Assembly (NCBI GenBank): GCA_049971295.1
Contig: JBMFLH010000041.1
Location: 1-16,260 of the forward strand
Length of the DNA stretch: 16,260 nucleotides
Origin: Candidatus Ratteibacteria bacterium
GTDB taxonomy: Bacteria > Ratteibacteria > UBA8468 > B48-G9 > DTJG01
Direction: 5' to 3'
The notes beneath the pieces were generated by a model. It saw nothing but the letters and a program-made list of their open reading frames with translations. It was not told the origin of the DNA and did no database searches. The position numbers and the translations under genes were made by a program. Positions 8,707 through 16,260 of the stretch are shown piece after piece (position 1 is the first letter of the stretch; each line of letters opens with the position of its first letter).

Positions 8707-8717
8707 ATTATACCACA
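8707..8717 (-). promoter_or_regulatory. Extended -10 promoter for the lipoprotein-oxidoreductase pair
   Basis: TGTGGTATAAT (TRTGnTATAAT) about 35 nt upstream of the 8672 ATG; no recognisable -35. Confidence 0.6.
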
Positions 8718-8725
8718 AATGAAAA

Positions 8726-9370
8726 ATGAGTACTGATTCTCTGGACGAATACTTAAAAGAAACACGGTATTGCGACATCCACTCGCAGGAAATTGACAAT
8801 TTTTACAGAACCATCGGGGCTGGTGATACAGGTGAAATTGCAAATTTCATATTCAACTTTGTACGGGACAGTATCAAATACAGATTTGACTATTCATGGG
8901 TTAAAGCGTCTGAAACCTTGCGAAAAAAGACTGGAAACTGTTTTAATAAGGCAAATCTTCAAATAGCGCTTTTGAGAAAGGCAGGTATTCCTGCGGGGTA
9001 TGGTGTTTATCTTGTTAACAAGGAAATTTTGAAGCCCATTCTTCCACCAGATATTTACCTTCTGGTCAATCAGCCTACTATTCATGTCTTTGCAAAAATT
9101 TTCATTCATAATAGATGGATTAACCTTGATGCCACTGTTGATCGTGAAATGTTTGAATGTTTCTATATCCATTCAGGCGCATGGTCTCATACCTGCTGGG
9201 ATGGACACTCAGATGTATCTCTTGATAAAAGGTTTGTCGTGGAAGACCAGGGTGTTTATGCAAACATAGACCTTTACCTATCACAACCACCAAAATTCTG
9301 GACAGACAATCTGATACGAAAGGCAAATCGTTTTATAGAAGAAACCATTAAAAAAATGAAAAAGAAATAA
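8726..9370 (+). CDS. Transglutaminase-like superfamily protein (Cys-His-Asp triad)
   Basis: IFNFVRDSIKY, KASETL...GNCFNKANL..ALLRKAGIPA, HVFAKIF and WINLDAT. Confidence 0.88.
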   Translation: MSTDSLDEYLKETRYCDIHSQEIDNFYRTIGAGDTGEIANFIFNFVRDSIKYRFDYSWVKASETLRKKTGNCFNKANLQIALLRKAGIPAGYGVYLVNKEILKPILPPDIYLLVNQPTIHVFAKIFIHNRWINLDATVDREMFECFYIHSGAWSHTCWDGHSDVSLDKRFVVEDQGVYANIDLYLSQPPKFWTDNLIRKANRFIEETIKKMKKK

Positions 9371-9374
9371 AACA

Positions 9375-10535
9375 ATGGAAAAAATCATAAATAAACTGTC
9401 ATCATTTAATCTTGAAGAAAGGATGGAAGCACTGGAAAAAGTCGTGTATCTGATTCACAATCAAACCATTGCAAAATACAAAGAACAGTTTCCTTACGAC
9501 AACATGCACATTCATTCCTTCCATTCGTTCAATTACAAAAATTGGTCTCCATCAAGAATTGTACTGGAGGCATACAGATATGGATTGAAACACATTGGAA
9601 TTGTTGATTTTGATACTATTGCTGCCACTGAAGAAGCGCATATTGCATCAACAAAAATTGGTGTTCCCACCGTCACGGGACTTGAGACAAGGGTCTATGT
9701 TTCATTTTTTTCAGGAAAGGTGATTAATTCACCTGGTGAACCAGGAATTTGCTATATCAATGGACTTGGTTTTACAAAATTTCCTCCACCAGGCACAGAA
9801 GCAGAAAAAATATACAAAAATTTACATCTGATTGCCAGTAGAAGAAACAAAATTGTGGTTGATAAACTTAATCAGTTTCTTTCGCCAGTAAAAATAGATT
9901 ATGAAAAAGATGTACTTCCCCTGAGCCCATCTCACAATCCCACTGAAAGACATATCATCAAGGCATATGTCGAAAAGGCAGAAAACATTTTGGGAAAACA
10001 GGAAAATAAATTCTGGGCTGATGTTCTGAAAATACCTGCTGTAGATGTAGAAAAAATGAAAGAACAAAAACCAGGTGATTTTATGGAAAAATTGCGCTCT
10101 GTTCTGGTGAAAAATGGCGGACCAGGATATGTCCAGCCAGAACCCGAGACATTTCCCGCGATAACCGATTTTATCAGAATGACAGAAGATTGTGGTGGTA
10201 TTGTTGTTGGAAACTGGCTTGATGGAACAACAGAGGTAGAAAAAAACCCCGAAGAATTTCTTGACTTTATGATCTCATTGGAAATAAAAATTATGAACAT
10301 TATCCCCGAAAGAAACTGGAACATATCAAATCCTGAAGAAAAGGCAAGGAAAGTAAAAAACCTTGAAGAATTCCTTGTAACCTGTAAGAAAAAAAATATT
10401 CCAGTGATATGCGGCACAGAAATGAACAAATACGGTCAACCATTTGTTGACAATTATGATACTCCTGAATTAAAAAAACATCTTGATTGGTTTGAAAAAA
10501 GCGTTCTTCAACTGTTTGAAATGATGGATAAATAA
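9375..10535 (+). CDS. PHP-fold metal-dependent hydrolase-like protein, uncharacterised subfamily
   Basis: NMHIHSFHS (HxH), SPSRIVLEAYRYGLKHIGIVDFD, GLE, RRN..VVDKLN, TERHI and C-terminal GTEMN. Confidence 0.72.
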   Translation: MEKIINKLSSFNLEERMEALEKVVYLIHNQTIAKYKEQFPYDNMHIHSFHSFNYKNWSPSRIVLEAYRYGLKHIGIVDFDTIAATEEAHIASTKIGVPTVTGLETRVYVSFFSGKVINSPGEPGICYINGLGFTKFPPPGTEAEKIYKNLHLIASRRNKIVVDKLNQFLSPVKIDYEKDVLPLSPSHNPTERHIIKAYVEKAENILGKQENKFWADVLKIPAVDVEKMKEQKPGDFMEKLRSVLVKNGGPGYVQPEPETFPAITDFIRMTEDCGGIVVGNWLDGTTEVEKNPEEFLDFMISLEIKIMNIIPERNWNISNPEEKARKVKNLEEFLVTCKKKNIPVICGTEMNKYGQPFVDNYDTPELKKHLDWFEKSVLQLFEMMDK

Positions 10536-10552
10536 AAAGTCGGCCTCAATAT

Positions 10553-10587
10553 TTGATAAGAAAAAAAATTACACTAAAATAGTATAA
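10553..10587 (+). promoter_or_regulatory. Putative promoter and palindromic operator for the rrf2-hcp unit
   Basis: TTGATA (10553-10558), 16 nt spacer, TAAAAT (10575-10580). Inverted repeat TTACACTA-AAA-TAGTATAA at 10569-10587 (7 of 8 pairs) covers the -10. Confidence 0.5.
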
Positions 10588-10590
10588 GTT

Positions 10591-11027
10591 ATGAAAATAA
10601 TTACAAAAAATTCAGATTATGCAATAAGGGCTCTTTGTAAATTAGCAGAAGAAAGAGATTTTACTCAACCAGGACCCTGGCTGAAAAAGCAGTAGTTCCA
10701 CTCTTTTATTTACGGAGGATACTGAGCACACTTGCAAGAGCAGGTATCGTTCAAACAAAAGAGGGTATAGAAGGAGGCATCAAACTCAGTAGAAATCCGT
10801 CTCAAATTACACTTACAGAAATTATTAAATTATTTCAGGGCGGGATACAAATTTCAGAGTGCCTGTTCAGAAAAAAACTCTGTCCCAATAGATAGAACTG
10901 TCCACTGAGAAAAAAATTGATAAAAATAGAAAAGATTCTTGGAAATGAATTTGAAAAAATTACAATAGTTTCTTTTATCCAGAAAAGGAGCAAAAATGAA
11001 AGAAAAAATGTTTTGCAGGCAATGTGA
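10591..11027 (+). pseudogene. Rrf2-family (NsrR/IscR-like) Fe-S regulator disrupted by a frameshift and an in-frame stop
   Basis: ATG 10591 reads MKIITKNSDYAIRALCKLAEE and stops at TAG 10693-10695. The -1 frame from about 10653-10662 continues FYSTRTLAEKAVVPLFYLRRILSTLARAGIVQTKEGIEGGIKLSRNPSQITLTEII...CLFRKKLCPNR*NCPL...ITI, with TAG at 10893-10895 and final TGA at 11025-11027. Confidence 0.88.
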
Positions 11028-12645
11028 ACAGGCAGCACGAGGACAGGCATGCACGACCCTGGGTGTTTGCGGAAAAAGTCCTGAAGCAGCGGCATTGATG
11101 GATGTACTTATTTATGCGCTGCAGGGCATTGCGATATACGGAAATAAATTAAGAGAAAAAGATATTTCGTTCCCTGACACAGATAAATTTATCATTGAGG
11201 CGCTTTTCATTACCGTCACAAATGTTGATTTTGACCCTGAAAGAATAAAAGAGTTTCTCATAATAGCAGCTCAACATCTTGATAAGATTAAAAAAGAGTT
11301 TGCAAAAGCGTATCCAGGATACAATATTTCACAACTTCCTGAGCCAGCACATTGGAATACCGAACAGCAGGACATCAATAATAGCATTCCTAAAGCAGGC
11401 ATTTTTAATGGAATGAATGAAGATATACGAAGTTTAAAAGAAATCCTTCTTTATGGAATGAAAGGAATGGCTGCATACGCTGACCACGCATGGATTTTAG
11501 GAAAAACTGACCAGCAGGTAAATTCGTTTTTTTATAAAGGACTATCTGCAATAGCAGAAAAGTCCATCTCTGCAGAAAATCTAATAAATTTAATCCTTGA
11601 GTTTGGAAATATTAATCTTAAGTGTATGGAAATGCTTGATCAGGCACATACAGAAAGATATGGACACCCAGTACCAACAAAGGTCTTTCTCGGAGCAAAA
11701 AAGGGATATGCAATTGTGATTTCAGGCCATGATCTTTTTGACCTTGAACAACTTTTGCAGCAAACAGAAAATACAGGAATTAATATTTACACTCATGGCG
11801 AAATGCTCCCCGCACACGGTTATCCTGGATTGAAAAAATACAAACATTTGGCTGGTCATTACGGAACAGCCTGGCAGAACCAACAGAAAGAATTTGATCT
11901 GTTTCCTGGAGCAATTTTAATGACAACAAACTGCATTCAAAAACCCAGACAAACGTATTCTGAAAGAATCTTTACAACAGGACTTGTTGGCTGGACAGGT
12001 ATCAAACATATCCATTCCAAAAATGGCAAAAAGGACTTTACACCTGTGATTGAAGCCGCGATCAAAGCAGGAGGGTTTACTCAGGATGTGCCTGGAAAAG
12101 AGATAACAGTTGGATTTGCGCACAATACAGTTCTTGGAATTGCAGATAAAGTAATTGATGCTGTGAAAAAAGGTCATATCAGAAGATTTTTTCTTGTTGG
12201 AGGATGCGATGGAGCAAAACCTGGAAGAAACTACTACACAGAATTTGCGCAATCCATTCCCCAGGATTGCGTAATAATAACGCTTGCTTGCGGTAAGTTT
12301 CGATTCAATACACTGGATTTCGGACAGATTAACGGTATTCCAAGACTTCTTGATTGCGGCCAGTGCAATGACGCCTATTCAGCCATTGTCATTGCAAAAT
12401 CACTTGCAGATGCATCTGGGTGTTCTGTCAATGAACTTCCGCTTTCCCTTATTCTTTCCTGGTATGAACAAAAAGCAGTTTGTATTCTTCTTACACTTTT
12501 TTCTCTCGGAGTAAAAAACATCAGACTCGGACCAACTCTTCCTGCGTTTATATCCGAAAATGTATTAAAGGTACTTGTGGAAAATTTTCAGATAAAACCA
12601 ATTACCACTGTTGAAAATGACCTCAAAGATATTCTTGGAAAATAG
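10996..12645 (+). CDS. hcp: Hybrid cluster protein (hydroxylamine/NO reductase), class I
   Basis: MFCRQCEQ...C...GVCGK (Cx2Cx8Cx5C), TVTNVDFD, SGHDL, YTHGEMLPAH, TTNC, GGCDG, LACGK, DCGQCND, SWYEQKA and GPTLP. SD AAGGAG at 10985-10990. Confidence 0.98.
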   Translation: MKEKMFCRQCEQAARGQACTTLGVCGKSPEAAALMDVLIYALQGIAIYGNKLREKDISFPDTDKFIIEALFITVTNVDFDPERIKEFLIIAAQHLDKIKKEFAKAYPGYNISQLPEPAHWNTEQQDINNSIPKAGIFNGMNEDIRSLKEILLYGMKGMAAYADHAWILGKTDQQVNSFFYKGLSAIAEKSISAENLINLILEFGNINLKCMEMLDQAHTERYGHPVPTKVFLGAKKGYAIVISGHDLFDLEQLLQQTENTGINIYTHGEMLPAHGYPGLKKYKHLAGHYGTAWQNQQKEFDLFPGAILMTTNCIQKPRQTYSERIFTTGLVGWTGIKHIHSKNGKKDFTPVIEAAIKAGGFTQDVPGKEITVGFAHNTVLGIADKVIDAVKKGHIRRFFLVGGCDGAKPGRNYYTEFAQSIPQDCVIITLACGKFRFNTLDFGQINGIPRLLDCGQCNDAYSAIVIAKSLADASGCSVNELPLSLILSWYEQKAVCILLTLFSLGVKNIRLGPTLPAFISENVLKVLVENFQIKPITTVENDLKDILGK

Positions 12646-12654
12646 AATCAAAAT

Positions 12655-12683
12655 TTGACATTTCAATAGCCACAGTTTATCAT
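12655..12683 (+). promoter_or_regulatory. Sigma70 promoter upstream of 12703
   Basis: TTGACA (12655-12660), 17 nt spacer, TATCAT (12678-12683). SD AAGGA just upstream of ATG 12703. Confidence 0.75.
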
Positions 12684-12702
12684 TCCTTCACAAAGGAAAC
12701 AT

Positions 12703-13077
12703 ATGGGACAGCACTACTACTGTGGCATTGGTGAACACCTGATAGCAAAAAATGCCGGTATTACCATGCATCAATTGCATTTTGACGCTGATGCTATTGT
12801 GTCAGCTTATAGAAGGGCACAAAGCATCGCAGAAGAACTAAAAATTCCACCACCAGTACCTCATCTCGCAGGCTTTGCATATCCCCATGTGGCATCACTC
12901 GGATGCAATATACTATTTCCAGAGGACGCAGAAGAGCCAAGACCACTTTCGATCATTAAAACACCTTCTGATATCGATCACATGAGTGAGCCAGATGATT
13001 ATCTTTCAGCGCCTTTAATTCAAAAAAAATTGAAAACGCTTGAAAAATTGCTTGAAAAAGCAAGATCAATGGCATGA
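12703..13077 (+). pseudogene. N-terminal fragment (124 aa) of a uroporphyrinogen decarboxylase/MtaA-family protein
   Basis: HVASLGCNILFPEDAEEPRPLSIIKTPSDIDHMSEPDDY...LKTLEKL resembles the first third of URO-D/MtaA barrels. There is no room for the remainder before the next gene. Family assignment is by eye. Confidence 0.55.
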
Positions 13078-15170
13078 ATAATTGCTTGAATATGAACTGG
13101 TGGGAAAAAGAACCTTTAAGGATTATTGAAATATGTGATGGGTTTGACCTGAAAAAATTACCCGTTGAAGTTCTTGCAAAAACTGTAAAAAAATTAGGCG
13201 GTAATGTCCAGCATTTTCACTGCATGGAACTTTCCACAAAACAGTACGGTCCCGGGCTTGACGACAGGTCTCTTTATTTTCGTACTTCTCTGGCAGAAAA
13301 GCAGAATCCAGACAGGCTTGGCGAATATTTGCCGCATGCAAAAAAATATGGTATCAGAGTGGTCGTTTATTTCAATGTACACTGGTATACGATTGATTTT
13401 GGCAAACGGCATCCTAACTGGGTTCAAATAAAACAAGACGGAAATCCAATTCAGGAAGTTTATGGAACAGGAACATCATTCTGCATCAATAGCCCCTACA
13501 GAGAATGGGTATTTCAGATTTTAAGGGATCTGTGCAGTTATAACATAGACGGTATTTTCTATGACGGGCCAATCTTTTTTTCAAACACCTGTTATTGCAA
13601 ATACTGCCAGAAACTTTTTGAACAAAAAACAGGATATCCTCTCCCACCAAAATCTGACAGAAATCACCCTCTGTGGAAAAAATTTGTTGAGTTTCAGGCA
13701 GAAAGCATGGAAAGATTTCTTGAACAATCAAATAATATCATCAAAAACATTAACCCACAGATTTTGTTTTACATGAACGGTAATAGCAACTGGCCTTACT
13801 GGCCCACAGGAAGGGACAATCATCGTATTATCAAACACACAGATATCCTGGGAGCTGAAGGTGGTTTTCTTTATGGGGATTTAAATCAAACTCCAATTTT
13901 CAAACCAGCTCTTACAGGAAAACTTCTCTCATCGCAGGCAAAAGGAAAAATTGCTGTTGTATTTGATTGCGCAGGACACAAAAATTGGAGCTGGTATCTC
14001 CTGCCAGAAACTGAAATATCACTTCTTCTGTACGAAACAAGTTTTTCTGGTGCTCAATGGTGGATTGCAGTATTTCCTGATGATATCAATCAACCAGAAA
14101 TGAAAGCCATTTCAGAATTTGGGAATTTTATCAAAAAACATCCAGAGCCATTTGTTCAAACAAAATCTGCGGCAAACATTGCTCTTTTGTGGCCGTCAAA
14201 ATCAGCTGAGCATTATAACGGTTCCTCTGTACCTCTTACGGATTTCACAGAAGAAATAAAGGGACAGGAAATTGGTAATCTTTTGATGGAATTTTATGGT
14301 TTCTATGAATCACTGGTAAACTCAAAGGCAATTTTTGATGTTATTGATGAATATAATTTTGACCATCTATATGATTACGAACTCGTGATACTACCCAATG
14401 CTGCCTGTCTTTCTAAACAGGACTGCCAGCAAATAAGAGAGTATGTGAAAAAAGGTGGAAATGTTGTAGCAAATTTTGAAACTTCTCTCTACGATGAAAA
14501 CGGAAGGCAAAGAAGGAATTTTGAACTTTCAGACGTTTTTGGAGTGAATTTTGCTGGAACCATTTTTGGCCCAATGAAACACGACTATGTTTCCCCTGTA
14601 AAGATGAAAAATGGACTTTTGAAAAATATTATAAAAAAGTATTTCCCTGCTCCTGAGTATGGAATCAGTATAGAAAATATCACTGGAAAACCTTTGATTT
14701 TTTATTGTGAAAAATTAAAAGGAAGATATGACCATACTCCAGAGAAATCACAAAAACCCGCGGTAGTGGAAAATCGATACGGAAAAGGAAAGACCATTTA
14801 TATCGCAGGCACATTTGGCTCAACAATCGCAAACTTCAGATTTCGAGAGTATTTCCTTCTGATAGAAAATTTCTGTGCTCATCTTTCAAACCCACTGGTA
14901 GAATTTGAAAATGTAAATCATATTGAGGTCTTTTTAAGGGCAAATGAAAAGGATATGTTTCTCTTTCTGGTAAATCAAACATCAGGGATAAAAAGGCCTC
15001 TCATTGATTTTCAGCCACTTGAAAAAGTGAAAATTAGAATAAATATAATGGCAAAGGATGTGATTGCCTTGAATTCAGGTCACAAAATAAAAATGAAGAA
15101 GACGCCTCGTAATATTGAATTGGTTCTTCCACTTTTAAAAAACTTTGAGATACTAAAAATCTCAAAATAG
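13074..15170 (+). CDS. Putative glycoside hydrolase: GHL6-like TIM barrel plus GH42 (beta-galactosidase) trimerisation domain
   Basis: HAKKYGIRVVVYF, HPNW, CINSPYR, IDGIFYDGP, CYCKYC, YELVILPNAACLS..IREYVKKGGNVVA and NRYGKGKTIY. An alternative start lies at 13092. Confidence 0.75.
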   Translation: MNNCLNMNWWEKEPLRIIEICDGFDLKKLPVEVLAKTVKKLGGNVQHFHCMELSTKQYGPGLDDRSLYFRTSLAEKQNPDRLGEYLPHAKKYGIRVVVYFNVHWYTIDFGKRHPNWVQIKQDGNPIQEVYGTGTSFCINSPYREWVFQILRDLCSYNIDGIFYDGPIFFSNTCYCKYCQKLFEQKTGYPLPPKSDRNHPLWKKFVEFQAESMERFLEQSNNIIKNINPQILFYMNGNSNWPYWPTGRDNHRIIKHTDILGAEGGFLYGDLNQTPIFKPALTGKLLSSQAKGKIAVVFDCAGHKNWSWYLLPETEISLLLYETSFSGAQWWIAVFPDDINQPEMKAISEFGNFIKKHPEPFVQTKSAANIALLWPSKSAEHYNGSSVPLTDFTEEIKGQEIGNLLMEFYGFYESLVNSKAIFDVIDEYNFDHLYDYELVILPNAACLSKQDCQQIREYVKKGGNVVANFETSLYDENGRQRRNFELSDVFGVNFAGTIFGPMKHDYVSPVKMKNGLLKNIIKKYFPAPEYGISIENITGKPLIFYCEKLKGRYDHTPEKSQKPAVVENRYGKGKTIYIAGTFGSTIANFRFREYFLLIENFCAHLSNPLVEFENVNHIEVFLRANEKDMFLFLVNQTSGIKRPLIDFQPLEKVKIRINIMAKDVIALNSGHKIKMKKTPRNIELVLPLLKNFEILKISK

Positions 15171-15192
15171 GAGGGGGTGAATTTGATAGAAT

Positions 15193-15264
15193 TGGGCGCA
15201 CGTGGATTCGAACCACGAACCCCTGCGTTATCAGCACAGTGCTCTGCCCTTGAGCTATGCGCCC
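15193..15264 (-). tRNA. tRNA-Ile(GAU), CCA not encoded
   Basis: Cloverleaf GGGCGCA TA GCTC-AAGGGCA-GAGC A CTGTG-CT GAT AA-CGCAG GGGTT CGTGG-TTCGAAT-CCACG TGCGCCC A, followed by ATT rather than CCA. Confidence 0.95.
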
Positions 15265-15276
15265 GAACAGGATAAA

Positions 15277-15305
15277 TTTATATCACATAATCAAACTGCT
15301 GTCAA
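15277..15305 (-). promoter_or_regulatory. Dedicated sigma70 promoter for tRNA-Ile
   Basis: TTGACA (15305-15300), 17 nt spacer ending TGA (extended -10), TATAAA (15282-15277), 12 nt before tRNA base 1. Confidence 0.7.
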
Positions 15306-15323
15306 AATTTCATTGATGACCAT

Positions 15324-15354
15324 AAAAAAAGGCAGGGTTTTACCCCTGCCTTTT
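15324..15354 (-). terminator. Intrinsic terminator directly downstream of the 16S rRNA gene, possibly bidirectional
   Basis: Minus strand GGCAGGG-gtaaaa-CCCTGCC followed by 7 T. The plus strand has the same stem followed by 4 T. Confidence 0.85.
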
Positions 15355-15394
15355 CAAATGAGATCAGTGTCCCTGGTTTAAATTTTTTCTCCGA

Positions 15395-16260
<866 letters not shown>

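Noticed and set aside
10645..10670. Programmed -1 frameshift in the Rrf2 gene
   Set aside because: No X XXY YYZ slippery heptamer in frame, and the downstream TAG would still truncate the product.
10893..10895. TAG recoding (pyrrolysine or alternative code) in the Rrf2 gene
   Set aside because: TAG is the normal stop of three intact genes here (7249, 12645, 15170), and the gene also carries a frameshift.
15171..15200. tRNA-Ile 3' end as an integration site for a genomic island
   Set aside because: No integrase and no duplicated tRNA 3' end seen in the window; housekeeping genes lie downstream.
145..15237. Other short ORFs nested in or antisense to the called genes (for example 1637-1954, 8267-8647, 9932-10429, 10835-11095)
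   Set aside because: They overlap well-supported genes and show no recognisable motifs.

Overview
An AT-rich bacterial chromosomal window, probably from a strict anaerobe (class I hcp; divergent 16S; a PVC-associated candidate lineage is only a guess). In order: (1) a minus-strand operon of GbsR/MarR regulator, Zn-binding SAM methyltransferase, short NeuB and NeuA (nonulosonic acid synthesis); (2) groES-groEL-acyP-queF behind a perfect sigma70 promoter with no CIRCE; (3) two convergent Gfo/Idh/MocA oxidoreductases, a small lipoprotein, a transglutaminase-like protein and an atypical PHP protein; (4) an Rrf2 Fe-S regulator missed by the ORF track because of a frameshift plus an in-frame TAG, directly ahead of an intact hcp; (5) an N-terminal URO-D-family fragment coupled to a GHL6/GH42-like protein; (6) the 3' part of a 16S rRNA gene followed by a terminator and a separately promoted, CCA-less tRNA-Ile, with no 23S. 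The most notable observations are the unlinked 16S, its short helix 44 and primer-site substitutions, the broken Rrf2 repressor, and the regulated methyltransferase-NeuB-NeuA module. No mobile element, CRISPR array or defence system is visible.
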